DNA of 61,906 bases, the filler included, from Choristocarpus tenellus KU-1152 (taxonomy: Eukaryota > Protista > Phaeophyceae): the NCBI GenBank assembly GCA_964200185.2. It is 11 parts of 11 records of this genome, joined end to end, with 100 filler letters (N's around TTAATTAATTAA, not from the genome) between each part and the next. Parts side by side here need not be neighbours in the genome. Positions count along the whole stretch, not along the records: positions 37,677 to 43,746 come from CAXNAD020009019.1; positions 43,847 to 52,271 come from CAXNAD020004725.1; positions 52,372 to 59,296 come from CAXNAD020007045.1; 8 more parts are not named here. One strand, 5' to 3'. The translations under genes were made by a program, and so were the position numbers. How positions within the stretch are numbered: the stretch's first letter is position 1; the number at the start of each line of letters is the position of its first letter. The notes beneath the pieces are model-generated. The model made no database searches and was not told the DNA's origin. It saw nothing but the letters and a program-made list of their open reading frames with translations. Below, piece after piece: positions 39,041 through 52,377 of this stretch.

Positions 39041-40375
39041 CTTATTTTGGACAGTGATAGTGCCTGTCTCCTTCTCAAAGTGGTCAGGTGTCATAGTGCT
39101 GAAGTCATAGTCTGGGAAAGTGGCGTTCAGTGTGCAAATCAGGTCTACCAATGTCCTCCGAACATGGGGCTCCGTAAGGAGACCAAAACTGGGGGATGTC
39201 CCGTAGGTTATTTTCCCTGGGGATGCAGCAGCACTGGTGCTCATGTCCATGATATGCTGCTCCAAGGCCTTGGAGAAGCGCTTGTCGTCTCCAGCCTTCT
39301 TGCCTGATAAATAGTTTTGTCATGTGTGTTTGCCGCTTTCACTTAGCAAATAGCAGCAGTCAAACCTTTGGTGTAGATTAACCACAATCTTTCTATCGTT
39401 AACAAAACATAATTGAGATTTTTCCATGTTTATATGACCAGAGAGGCAAAGGGAGTATTGTAAGGAAGTTTGAAATAGGAAGGCAATCAGGTCGTGTGAG
39501 TTGGGGGGCAAGAGACACTTGAAAATCATGCAGTGTCAGTCTCATCCTGTTCACTGGGGCTCTTTCAAGCACATGCTAAACTATTGCAGGAGAGTCCTTA
39601 ATATCACAACAATGGAGAGCACACCACTGCTCTTCAGCAATGCCCTCCTCGTCCCCCCCCCCTCCCCCCCCCCCCCCCCCCACACTCCCACACCACCCCA
39701 CCACAAACCACCCACAAACCACCCGTTTCCCCCCCCCTGCTCATAAAAATTCCTAGAGGACCACAAGTAAAGCGATCGTATACCCCCTTAAAACTCTAGG
39801 GTGGGTTCATAAGTTCTACATCTCCTGAGGGACACTTGCTGTATAAACATTCCCAGCGAACTCGGTATACAGGCATGTACCTTGTGGCTCTGACCCTGTA
39901 GACCGAGGAATGCAGAAAATCTTCATCAAGCTAAAGGAAGGGGGAAAATATTAGTTTATTTAAAGAAACAAATCCAACATGCAAAATGCCTCAGGGTGAT
40001 GTTTACGAGGCAAAAACCTCAAGTCATACATAAAAACTCTATCATTGACAAAAGAGCCAAGGATAAACTTGAAGACGGTCGGCCCGAAAGTCTCAGGAGT
40101 TACTGAAGTCGCAGAACTTCAAACTGGATAAATTTCGTGTCAATTCAGGTTGTCAGGTCGAGCGACCTTTAAGGAAAAACATCTCAGTAGTCGCCCAAAC
40201 TCCGGTCAGCACGTGCATAGAAACGTCTTTTTGACCGCAACCGTGCTGAAATCCCCCCCGCCCGTCACTCACATGAGAATGCCTCCATTCGAACGGAGAG
40301 CACCCTATCCCCGAGTTCGACGCTTCGCAGAAAGTTGCTCCAAAACGCCAGCCTTGGTTCGTCGAGGAACTTCAT
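39041..40375 (-). CDS. MAF1: MAF1, repressor of RNA polymerase III; exons 40375-40273 and 39303-39041; 3' part not found on this contig
   Basis: MKFLDEPRL...RMEAFS|CKKAGDDKRFSK..L...FGLL....RRTLVDLICTLNATFPDYDFS; phase-1 GT-AG join. Confidence 0.95.
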
Positions 40376-40779
40376 AGTCTCCAAAGACAGTCTAAAGAAA
40401 CAGATAGTAATCGATGTCCCACGACCGCCTCTCTTCAACACAAACTCTTTTTACAAGGTAAAGGCTCGACTAACGAGTTTATCCAACTGGTCTAACCGCA
40501 GAGGCCTTCAATTTTGAAAAGTGTCTATCCGCCTGAGCAAGAAACTATGACCTTGTGACCGGAATCCTAATGCAAAACTTCGTCGGTGATATCGTCGTCG
40601 CGCTATATGTCATTGGGGATGCACCAGAGCTCAAGGGGTAGATCTAGAGTGAAGTAGTAGACGATTCGTTTGTTGTTGATTGTTGAAAACGAAGATGTGT
40701 ATGTAAGGGTTGGTCAAACAAACACCTTCTCTAGCAATAAATCAATACATATAACGTGAACGGTATGATAATATGTATT

Positions 40780-40860
40780 TCAAGTGATAGTGTCCAATCC
40801 ATTACATGCAGGGAATGCCCAGGTTCGAATCCGAGTAAAGGTCGGTTTTCTTCACAAAAT
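40780..40860 (+). repeat. Degenerate tRNA-derived/SINE-like head
   Basis: Perfect B-box GGTTCGAATCC, but no cloverleaf. Confidence 0.3.
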
Positions 40861-41095
40861 GTTTGACATCGATTGTCCAAGTCCCAAGTATATTTGGGAG
40901 GTACACCTTCTGTCCTGTAACTTACTTTGCTTACTATCTTGACGTGGAAAGATCGGGATCGTGGTGGCGAAGGCTCGTTGACTACGAATGAGTACCAACT
41001 TGAAGGGAGGAGCTGGTGCAAGGAGGGGTGGGAGGATGACAGAACCCAACCCTCGAAAATTTAGGCAGGTGGTGCACATGAGTCGGGTCGGGGAT

Positions 41096-41328
41096 GAGTT
41101 AAGTTTCTTAGAGGATACGAAATTTTCCCTGTTTGTCCATTTGGGGGCTGGACTTTTAGTGACACTTTATCTACTACAAAATATTTTGGAGTAGGTAAAA
41201 TGTGTATGTTATGAGAAGGTGTGTCCGGAACAAGGATATTGACATGATAGCTAAAATTTCATCAAAATTGCAACATTGGATTTTGGCCCCAAATGGACGC
41301 GGCTTTACCCTCTAAGATACTTTTACTT
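41096..41328 (+). mobile_element. MITE family B, TSD GGAT
   Basis: GGAT|GAGTTAAGTTTCTTAGAGG...CCCTCTAAGATACTTTTACTT|GGAT. Confidence 0.88.
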
Positions 41329-41418
41329 GGATGACAGAATCCAATCCTCAAAATTAAGCCAGGCGCTAAGCATAAGTGGGGAGGGGGGGAGGGTATTATG
41401 TTGTAGTGCAACAGATAG

Positions 41419-41740
41419 TTCGTAGGGTAGAAGTAGTGCAATTTGCAATTCCATCTTACCACAGCTCAAAGGAATTTGGTGGGGTGAAGGCAGAGGATAG
41501 AGGATAAGGTCCAGGCAGAATAAAGTGAACAAATATAAATAATAACAAAAATGACCCCACACTTAGGCATATATATCACTTAATTCGTAGGGTAGAAATA
41601 GTGCAGTTTGCATTGCCATGTCACCAGAGCTCAACGGAATTTGGTGGGGTGAAGGCAGATGATAGAGGATAGAGGATAAGGTCCACAATAAAGCGAACAA
41701 ATATAAATAATAACAAAATTGACCCCACGTATATATCAGC
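41419..41740. repeat. ~165-bp tandem duplication
   Basis: ttcgtagggtagaa..tagtgca...ggaatttggtggggtgaaggcaga...aaatataaataataacaaaa.tgaccccac occurs twice. Confidence 0.9.
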
Positions 41741-42117
41741 AAGTGCTATCAGTACTATCACACAAATACTATATTATACTACTGTGTACTAATAACGCTC
41801 AAGACGCACGAGCAAAGTAACCAAAAACATACTAGTAAAATACTTCAGAACAATAGTGACAATGTGTATACACTTCCATAGAAAAGTACACGACCAACTA
41901 TGACGATTTGAACACTCGCTAAAATTATATCTTCCCACAGAGTCGGAGGTGGTCACCATCACGTTTCCCTACTATGCAGAGTCGTCCCTGTAGGGTATGT
42001 CAATGTCAGCAATCCGAAAATCACAACCCCTTTATCGGTCAAAATGGAGTGGCCTTACACACGGTAGTGGATGCAATCTTCCAGGCGAACATGAGTTGCT
42101 ATGACATATTGTCACCT

Positions 42118-42299
42118 GGGTCAAAGTATCTGAGGGGGGGGGTGTCGGCATCCCATTTTCACCCTTTTTTCGATTTTCACTTTTTTGGGGTGATTTGGTC
42201 GCACGTGTCGGATTTGAAATGTCAGCAAAAAAAGAGTTATTTGACCGAAACGGGCGCCCCCTCACAAACCACACCCCCCCCCCCCAGATACCTTGACCC
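42118..42299 (+). mobile_element. MITE family C, TSD ACCT
   Basis: ACCT|GGGTCAAAGTATCTGAG(G)n...(C)nAGATACCTTGACCC|ACCT; near-identical interior at 59136-59296. Confidence 0.92.
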
Positions 42300-42480
42300 A
42301 CCTATCTCTACAGTACAACTTCATCCCTCCAATAATTAGGAACGTTTGGTGGGGGAATGTACTCATCGTCACTGTTGCAAACAACACTTATAAAGAAAGC
42401 ACAAGGTGTTACAGGCAAATAGCGCGAGCATTTCTTCTCGTGTTTTAGTGAAGCGCGAGCAGTATGCAGACGTAAGGATT

Positions 42481-42660
42481 CTTACAAGGGGAACTCTGAT
42501 TTGGTAGAAGATGTAGAGTAAGATTTGTAATGCATAAGTAATCTTACAGGATGAATACCGATTTCCTAGAAGTTGCAGAATAAGATTCGTAGCACATAGG
42601 TGGCCTTACACAGAATGAATACCGATTTACCTAGAAGTTAAAGAAAATATTTGTAATTTG
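42481..42660. repeat. Diverged ~62-bp tandem repeat (3 units)
   Basis: cttaca..gaatacc gattt..tagaag.t..aga.taagatt.gta recurs at ~42481, 42543 and 42605. Confidence 0.65.
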
Positions 42661-44219
42661 AGTGCGTATACAACAACTGGCAGATGTCTTTCGACTTGTA
42701 GTCTGTAGAAATCGAGTGGTATATGCACAATTATGTACACAAAATTGACGTTTCCTCTTTTCAGACACAACGTGACATCACAATTCAGTAAAGTCTCTTT
42801 CTCTGTGGTTAGTCAAAATGACATATTATTGCCTTTTCTCGGGATCCTAGAAATTCAACCTTGCCTACCTCTCAATTCCTTTAGCTCGTGGCCGGGGTTG
42901 GGAGGTGAGGTGTAGAAATAGGGTTCTACTTTGAAACCAAGAAATGGAAGCATGATGTAGGGGGATGAATTTGTGGTGGGGTGGTGAGGACACTGACAGG
43001 ATAAGACTTAAGAGTTACACATCTACCTGGCAATGAATTCTTCCGTGAGCTTGTCCTAGGCCCTGACCAGGATTTCACAACCATTCAATATGTGAGCGAT
43101 ATTGCCATCACTAAATTCAGCCACCCTCCGAACCGTTTTCTATCATGTGCCTGCTGCTATAGTTGAGATGCTGTAGATGTCATTCGGAAGAGATCATTGA
43201 CACAATGATGGGCTCTTCGTCACTGTTGCCCTCGTATCACTCGTCTCCTAATCAGAAATATTGTCAAAGTAAAATAGAATTACCCAGAGTAGCATTTTAA
43301 GGGCGTTGACAAATATGGGCAAAAATCAACTTTTCTTCCAAATATGTAGAGGATATTTTGTGAATTGTGTCGGAAAAAATTCAAACAATATAGGAATGAT
43401 CACTCTCAAGTCAAACTTAGAACTCTGTCCATGGAAAGTTGGGCGCATATCCAGTGACCAACCAATCTCCGACACTGGTTTCCATTCACCAACCAATGCG
43501 GCCAACTTCCGCGAATCCACTTCACCTTCCTCCATAACACTCTACAACACTCCACCATCCTCCACGACACTCTCCACCAAACCACTCAACATCACCCCAC
43601 AATGCTCCACATCCATCCAATAACACCCGCCAATCGTTCGCTTCATTACTGGGCCTTTTATCCAGAAGATATCTACCCTGACCAAACTTGACCCCCCCCC
43701 AAAAAAAATCTCACTCAATCGTGAGCAATCAAGAGGGTGGGTGGGGNNNNNNNNNNNNNNNNNNNNNNNNNNNNNNNNNNNNNNNNNNNNTTAATTAATT
43801 AANNNNNNNNNNNNNNNNNNNNNNNNNNNNNNNNNNNNNNNNNNNNGTGGGGAGGGGTTACTATCGAGTTCCTCTTGAAGAATAGACCCTGTTTGACACT
43901 TCATTGCCAGAAATCCGTCTAAAACAGCTAGCTCTAGTGTGGGTCAAAGGTAGAGTCCTTCCATACAGTGTTTAGATCGATCCCCTCCAAAACAATGAGA
44001 TAACAACAATACAAAACAGCACAGAGAGAAGACAAGTGCCTCTAGAACGGAGGGAAGCACTTGTTGGAGGAGGATGCATTCAGAGGAGTAGAGGAGGCGG
44101 TGAGGCATGGCGCCGAACCTAAGGGTGAAATGGCATTGCTACTTCTTTTTATGCCCATGCATCTCTTGTGGTTAAACATGTTGTGAGCGAAGATGTCTGG
44201 ATGTCATCTGATAGTCCAC

Positions 44220-44420
44220 CTTAGGTTTGGGAGACATGAAGTAGTAGTACAATGTAGATAGTAGTAAAACAAGAAATAGGAAATAGATCAAACATATTTC
44301 ACATTTATTTGTGAAAATTGTTACTTTTTAGGGATTTTTCAGACATTTGAATAGGTTTCATTAATTTTTCCCTACCACATCTACAAAATATTGGAGGGCA
44401 TAATAATATATTATTATTAT
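44220..44420 (+). mobile_element. 3' UTR fragment of the RLE-LINE family seen at 5240-5760
   Basis: Reverse-complement similarity to 5250-5430; ends gagggcataataatatattattattat. Confidence 0.6.
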
Positions 44421-44610
44421 GTACGTCAACTAGAGTTCCGATAATAGTTGGTTTGAAAACCTACCTTTGGTATGGTTTGATGCTTTTACTGACATACATC
44501 CTGGAAGATCTTGGATGGGTCGAAAAACTCCCATATAAACAAGACCTCCACATGCTCCTCAGTCTTGGCGGAGGTTGGGAGGGTCGACGTGAGGTCCTCT
44601 TGCCTGCGAT

Positions 44611-46397
44611 ATGTTTCACTGGAGAATTTTATCATGGGCGAGAACCTTGCTTCGGAATCCTTCGTGCCTACATAGCTCATCATGTAGAAGAGAAGCTTCG
44701 AACTGTGTTGAGCGGGGGAGATCACTGCTCACGCGTGATTTTATCGCTCAGTCGCTCTACTCTACCGATGGCTACTTTACAAAGGAAGTGATCCATGACC
44801 TGAACGAACCTCTGGACTTTCGAGGCATGCTGGGGAAGTGGCATTACAAATTGGCCTTGAAAAAGGTGAGTACATGCTATTCCAGCGCTATTGTCGAAAG
44901 GTGAGGATATCATGGGCACTTCTATTTTTCATTTAACCTCTCGTGGCTCTGCTTATATATTTTATGTCTGCGACGCTTCATCGCAGGCATACGACTCAAA
45001 GCCCTTGGCATGGATGACTCCGGTGGAGATCTTTGCCCCACACTTTTCCAACGCCGTTGCGAGCTATATAGCTCAGGAGGCTGAGAAACATGTCGTGCAT
45101 GACAGTTCTACTGGCCTAGTTAAGGTAGAAACAAAGAATCTCATTTTGTTCGAGATTGGGGGAGGCACTGGAACCAATGCTCTTCATGTCCTCAATTGGC
45201 TCCGAGATTGTGTACCACATCTGTACCAAAGGGTGGAATATACCATCGTAGAGATCAGCGCACAACTCTCCAACAAACAAAAGCAGCGGGTTTGCTCAGT
45301 TCACAATGTGAGATGTATCACTGTCGGGTATACTGAAGTCCATCCTTCCGTCTTATGTTACATCAGTGGAGGATTGTTTTTTGATCACACGTTCCCATTG
45401 CAAAAGCCAGTCCACGTAGACAAAGGCTAAACGTGTCATACTTTCCAACCTTGTGATTCCTTCCTTTGTGCCGCATCTCCATCATCCGAGGACATAGAAC
45501 TGTCGGGTAGTAAATGCAGATATGCTAGAGTGGGGATTGTCAGGACCTGTGGAACATCGTCCCTGTTTTGTGATGGGGTTTGAGGTCCTGGACAACCTGC
45601 CTCATGACAAGGTTGCTTGGACTGGGTCTGTGGATGCTGATAGTGGAGTTCCAGAGCTCTTCGAGGCTGTTGTCTTTGAGGATGGCAATGGAGACTACAC
45701 TGAAGAGCTACGCCCATTGCAAGACTCCCTCATAAGTGAGGTTTTGGATCTATGTCCTGATATAGTAGCAGCAATTGTACCCAACCCTGCTACGCTATCT
45801 CCCCGCAATAGACAAAAAGTGAGGCATTCCTCTACTCTCCTGCAAACTGCTATGGCGGGACTCCAGGCACTCATGGGCGTAATTCCACAAGACCATCAGG
45901 CAGCCTTTGTACCAACTGGAACACTCCAGCTCCTGACTGCACTAAATCGGAAGATGCCGAGGCACCATATCATCTTGGCTGACTATGACTCCTTTCCCTT
46001 GCCCACCTTCACTGGCGCCATAGGAAATAGTGGCAATGGAGGTGACGAGTCACTTGTGGCCCAACATGCACCCCTAGTCTCAGGTCGTGACCCCATCACT
46101 CCCACGAACATTATTGACTTCAACACCTACATGGTGCCTATGGGGTCCGCGGATATCTACTTCCCAACTGACTTCAACCGCTTGGCACGTATGCACACAG
46201 CAGTGTGTGGCGGTAAACAAGTGGGCAATGCAAAGACAGTTGCAAGCATCGATGCAAGTACTGCAATGCCAAGAGTCATGAAACAGGGCGAGTTCCTGAG
46301 GGAGTATGGCGAGACACTGGCAACTCAAACATTGACAGGGTACAACCCGCTGATCGAGGACTTTGCAAATGCTTCTGTCTTCCTAGGTAGTTCTTGA
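44611..46397 (+). CDS. NDUFAF7/MidA-family SAM-dependent methyltransferase, likely mitochondrial; exons 44611-44865, 44987-45307, 45498-46397
   Basis: R/S-rich presequence, RDFIAQSLY..GYF, WMTPVEIFAPHFS, FEIGGGTGT (SAM motif I), YTIVEIS, EVLDNLPHD, FVPTG, LADYD, ADIYFPTDF; all joins phase-0 GT-AG. Confidence 0.92.
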
Positions 46398-47005
46398 TCA
46401 TCAAGTAATATAGAATGACAATTCCCAACCTCGCTGAGCACTGGTATATGAGTAACCTGCCTCCGCGCAATTCCATATTTACATAATGTATGTGTTGATG
46501 CTTCACATATTATGGTGAAAAAAGGTGGGGGGATGTTCTGGGTAAGGTTGTTCCTACGTTTGCATTCAACTTTGTTCTCATGACTCATCGAAATCCGTGC
46601 AACCAAGCTGAACCTGCACAATATACGGTTTTGGCAGGACAGTATGCCAATATGGTGTGCTGTATCCCAATAAATAACATAGAAGGTATTAATACTTATG
46701 CATGTTTCCACTGCTGTACTCTGGCGCGTGATACAAGAAAGGATTTGACCTAGCTTCATGTATCCTGTATAAATGACATCACTTTCAATCCCAATCTTTT
46801 GCACTTATACGGACAGGGAAACTGGTAAGGGCATCTGTCGCAAAAGAGAAAATCGAGCCTCACCTACAGTACCCAGCCTGTCCTCGCCCAGTGATAAAAC
46901 CTACGCACTCCCTCCCCCCTTTCAATTTTGAGATGAGAGAAATCAGTATCTCTAACTGTACAATACTTCAAATGTCACTAGTTAATGCGATTCTAATAAG
47001 CCTCA

Positions 47006-50000
47006 TCACCCCTCCAACTCATCAAAGTCATCGTAGAATGCCTGTGTCAGAGAGGCGACCTGATACATGAGGAACCCAGCAAGGGAAGGCAAAATATCCA
47101 GGTACTCCTTGTTCTTTGAACACAAGAGCACGAGGATCCCAGCTAACCCCAGTCGGGCTGAACCTCCACCGCCTCCCCCACCTGTACCACCATCGTTCCC
47201 AAGGCTCTCGACATATCGTGACAGGAGGATGATGTAGAGGCCGCCAAGGGCAGACCCCAGACCATAGCTGCAGGCGGCTTTGAAGGAGAAGGCCCATGCC
47301 GCACTTGTGCCTAGTAGACCAAAGAACACATGATCACCAATGAGACGAAACTTCCTCTTCTGGTACAAGCGTGCTTGATACTCTTGCACCTGAGGGAGAT
47401 AGTTCGTTGGGGTGACGGACTTGTGCATTAGCAAGTGGTGTCAGAGAACGGACTTCCAGAAGGTGGGTCTAGGCTAAGGATGATACTTTGTGGGATATAT
47501 GAAAGAGGGGTTGGTTATTACGTACAAGCTGAAAGGGCGACGGTGTGGAGTCAAAGTGTCCAGTCATTACCAACGTTGACACGTTCGTAATTCTTTCTTT
47601 TACATCATCTAGGAAGCTTCAAACCAAAGCATGCCCCACATTTGAACAATTGGTTGAATGTAGTATCCAGTATAGCTGCACGTGCGTCCTTCCTCCCCGA
47701 TGTCAAATAAAAAAAGGTGTGTATGTTTCAGCACTGTACCGCCCGAAAAGAGAAAAATCGTCCCATAAGGACACATTGTTCATTTTCAAGAGCCTATTTT
47801 TTTTAAAACGTAGAAGACAGCAATAAACCTATACTTGGTTGCGCATGATGCCAAAAAAGGTGTCTTTTTTTAACGTTCAAACGTAAAGAGTTTCTTAGAG
47901 CACTATGCAATAATTCCCTTGCAAGCCTGGAGGTCCTGTACACCATGCCATACTGATTGGTGTTAAGGAGACTGAGTACAGTGATACATATATATATATA
48001 TATTATATATGTATGTCGAATTGAGGATTAAAATATGAGTCAGCTACACTTTTCCTGAGAAAAATTACCCCACATCTGCGTATTATTGATTTTTGGTGCC
48101 CATTTTTTTTTGTGTTGTAGGAAAATGCTTGAGGGGTTAAAAAAAAAGAAAGAGGAAAATGAGCACGACATATTTGTACCAAAAAACAAATGGCAGTCTG
48201 ATGCTGATAAATCTTCTTGAGGTCCCACAGGTCCAACAGCCATGTGAGTAATCATGTGGAGGCAAGGCAAATCCCTTTCCTCACCTGGGGCAGCATTTCT
48301 TCTGTGGTTGCCCCACTACTATATCCAGGAGAACGTTCTCGCCTCTTTGGCTGCATGGGCGCAACAGAGTTGGGACCAAAGGATTGAATCGTCATGATCT
48401 TTGATCCAACCAAGTAGTTGCTTTTGTTGATCTGAAAAGTAGGAAATCAGGTGTTTAGAGCGCAGAAAGGGGAGTTGATTAGATTGTGAAGCTCATCAAA
48501 CAAAGATGTGCATTATCACCACAGTTATGGAGGTAGCAAAATGGTTCCCAAGATCCTCTATGGGGCATAACATTTCTCAAGGTACTTTGGCATTGATACC
48601 AAGTACAATTGCTTAATGCAAAATATCTGCCTATCGTAATTACTCCTGTGTACAGAACATGGTTAAGCTGATACTCATGTAGGGGCAAAATCCGGCAAGC
48701 AGCATTTAGTTATGCACACAATATCCACCATTCGGTCAACATAAGATCGCCTTGATAGTGTGGTAAGAGGAAATCTACAACTGCGACCTTGCAAATAAGC
48801 CATGAAAGACGTGTTGGCATGTTCAAGTCCAAGGCTGATTCACCTTGTCACATATTATCACGTTGACTGACCAGCTAGGTGGGTAGTTGGGCTACCAGTT
48901 GGGGCTGGGAGAAGGGGGATCATGTTGGGAATGCAACAGTTCCCATATGATTGTCACATAATCCCTTGCAACAGAGGTTTGTAAACACGAAGGTCGTTAT
49001 ACACAAATGCAAAGCATATTCGCGACCGATGGACTAGTTTCAAGTCTGCGAAGCAGGTGATTCCGAATACTTATCGATTGACGTGCTTGGTGAGGGGATG
49101 GAAAAGGATCATCTTTGGAAGAGGTCACCCCACTTAATCAAGTACCTGGGGCTACATTTTGAAGTCAACATGCAGTGCATTCACTGTCCAACTACCGGAA
49201 ACGTAAGGCATCCCTTCGCCACCAAAGAATAAACGTGGGGAACTTGCTTGAGGATGCCTCATATTATCGCAACACCAGAATCACAATGCAGGTGTATATC
49301 GTTATTCCTTGCGTCACCTGTTGACATGAATTCGCCAAGAAAAAATCCTTGGATCTTTGAAAGAAGTCCATGGCTAGGGCGAGTCCGAGCTCCATCCTAG
49401 CCCGAATACTTAACTCAACTGACTTCTTCACTGAATTCTCACTTAAAAAGCTAGAAGATAAGACGCTCGGAACATCGAAACCCCAAAATGGCAATGATGG
49501 AATTTGGGTCGGGTGTCATCGTCCTGACGCTTCAACTAGTTTGTCAGGCGCCTCTGAGGTCTCACCCTCTTGATAATCTGGAATAGATACGGGGGATTTA
49601 AAACAGAACCATATGAGTGAATACATTCTTGCAAGTGTCGGAGTAGCCCCATTCTCCAAACTACTGCTCCTAGCACATCAAGTTCGAAACATCAAGGCAT
49701 GAAGGGCCTCTTGCCTTTTCGTTGATTCTCGCCCTTCTTTCCTCCTTGGTCTTCTCTCGTCCTGAGTCTAATTCCTCTTCATCTTCTTCAATCGCCTTGG
49801 CTGACATACACCTTCTTCCAACCAAGTGTAAAGCGCGTGTTGCAACAGGTAGGATACCTAACATTGCTGGTTCGACAGGCCACCCCTGAGGGCCAGGGAC
49901 AGTGTGATGTTAAGTATTTGATTGTGTGAGCGAGGAGAGAAGATCAACGGCAGCCATATTATTATCTCCATTTAATAAGTATATAAACTTGATTGAGTGA

Positions 50001-50188
50001 ACCAAGTTTGAGTTCTTGGCAGGTGACAGGACCGTCCTAACCTGCAGGGAGGGTGTTGTGCCCCAACCATGACAGGGTGTTGCGGGTGACTGTAGCTGTG
50101 AGACGAATGCCTCAGCATGCAATGGAAGCCCCAAAGCCAATACTAGAGTTATTGCAATTCCCGTTCCTCTTAGGACTCTGCTGCCCAT
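47006..50188 (-). CDS. Plastid CGL160/AtpI(UncI)-like ATP synthase assembly factor; exons 50188-50042, 49885-49715, 48431-48285, 47389-47006
   Basis: Signal peptide ending AEA-FV, then a transit-like region. C-terminus Y..RK..L followed by four TM helices: SYGLGSALGGLYIILLSRYVESLG..ARL..LAGFLMYQVA. All joins phase 0; the exon 2 donor is GC. Confidence 0.8.
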
Positions 50189-50742
50189 CGTACCCCAGAA
50201 CTCCCTTAACAAGATTGTCCAAATAAGTAATGTAATACATGTTTTGTGTTCAACTATGTCCATCCTCATAAATATATATATATATATATATATCCATGGC
50301 GCTACATGGCCAGCCACGAAGCGATCCAATAATCCAATCTAACATTCTCAAAATCCAAGTACTACAAATAAGCGACAAAAATAGTACCAATAATACTGAC
50401 TGATACATGTACTACTTCATTAGGTTGCAGGTAGAGTACGTGTGAAGTTTGAATTCTATTTCTGTAGTCTACAACTTTCTCTGAGGTCTAGAGCCCTAGT
50501 GTGCGGGGCGAGGATAAACTGCACACGACCTAACCCATACAGGGCTGAAGTGAGAGGTAAGGATAAAACGCCAAGTTTTCTCACCCTCTTCAAGTCTTCA
50601 GTTCGCAACCTCTATTTGCTGTGCTGGGATCCCAATCCCCAACCCTTGTGCTCTGCCAATTCCGAACCGTTTCCAGTCTGTGGATGGTCTACTATACCTC
50701 CTCTCTTGTTTGGTTCACCCTCGGTCTGGTCAATCGTGTCTG

Positions 50743-51320
50743 ATGTCACGCCTTCACAACGTTTATCGAGGCGTTAGTGCCTGGGACAAGTTTAATCAGA
50801 GGTATGCTGGGACTCCCTGGGTCGTAATGAGTATGATAGTTGCGTTAGATTCTTCTTCTTCAAGCCTTTGTGCCAGTGGTGTGTAAGTTAGACCCCCTAA
50901 GAAGAAATAACTTCAACCAACATCGCATCTCCATCTAATCAAACTTCGCGTACACAGTCCCTCCCTGTTCTATAAATCTGATTAGGGCCTCGAAGTAAAA
51001 AATCCAGCTAAGATGTGTTAGTTGCAGTTCATGATAGAAAACTTTCAATCCCAACCCTTTTCTTTGCGTGGAGATATTTCTCGGAACCAACCGCTTTTTA
51101 CCTCAAGACTTTGGATCCCTTTCTCTTGGTAGCCTACATAATATTGGAGAATGCTCATTGACACTTCGTACTGTCTGTTCATTCGGGTCCGTCGTCCCCA
51201 TTTCTGGACCGTGACAGCAAGCTCAGCATCACTGCGAATGCCACATCGTTGAAAGAAGCTATCGAGAATGGGAACGTCCATGATGTACAGGTTTCTGCAC
51301 AATGCATGGAAACGCAGGAG
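50743..51320 (+). CDS. Putative first two exons (50743-50882, 51218-51320) of an unknown gene divergent from the CGL160-like gene
   Basis: GT|GTAAGT donor and gacag| acceptor join in phase: MSRLHNVYRG...SGVKLSITANATSLKEAIENGNVHDVQ. Confidence 0.4.
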
Positions 51321-52377
51321 GTGGGCAACATCACACAGATCTCTACGGTGCCAAATCGCCGAGCCGGTCTGTGGTGTGATGTGTGGATGGATTGGGGAAT
51401 GGATGGTTTGGTTAGCGGTTGCTTCGGTTTGACTACCTGAGTAGACCATGCCTCTCTAGGTCAATGGACTGTCTTATCGAGAGGTTTAACCTAAATATAC
51501 ACCTGTCGCAAGACATTGCATGTGATCCCTCATGGTTGCTGTTTGCTATTCTGTGATAGCTACGCACACCCCCTCACTTCAACTTCATCCAACTCGAACT
51601 TCCGCCTTTATGACATGAGGGTTGTTCCGAAGTGTGATTGGAACATTGATTGTAGTAGTTTTGGATTGTAGAGAGGAATTGCAGTGCTTAAGAATACCTT
51701 CACAGACCTGTGAGGCCTTGGGAGGTACAGCATTGATATTACCCATGATTAACTATCGCATAGAGGACAGGGAGAGTGAGAGGTACCCTACAACACCAGG
51801 TTTAGAGTGTAGGAAAACCAATACATACATGATACGAACAGATCAACGACTTACCCCTTGTTTGAGACCTCCACTCACCAGTCTTGTTTGTTGTTTAAAG
51901 CACTCTTTAGTCCTGGTTCCACCTCCCAGCTCACTTGTGGCTGAGATCTGTAACAAGAGATAGGAATGTACAAAGGTGGTGCTAGGTCTTGTAATCAAAA
52001 CAACGCCATAGAAGTATGCCGCAAACGCTTGTGTTAACTACATGTGCAGTAATCGTAAGGAGGGTATTGTTTAATTGGGATGGACGCAGATGGTGTAGGG
52101 TGGCATGTTGAATCAAGCTTAGACCTTGATAACAAGACACAGGTCTGCCATTTATTTCCCCGCAGACTGGGATATTCTCCTGTCAGTTATTTTCAACTTT
52201 CAAATCTGCTTTGAAGTAGTACACCCTGCAGGCACTGGGGGGGACTGTATGTCCAAATTACTCCCCTCGTTNNNNNNNNNNNNNNNNNNNNNNNNNNNNN
52301 NNNNNNNNNNNNNNNTTAATTAATTAANNNNNNNNNNNNNNNNNNNNNNNNNNNNNNNNNNNNNNNNNNNNACCACA

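Noticed and set aside
43526-43677. G/W-rich open frame between AG and GT
   Set aside because: Low-complexity, no recognisable homology and no partner exons.
49264-49577. ORF inside the CGL160-like intron as a full extra exon
   Set aside because: All three frames from the acceptor hit stops before the downstream donor.
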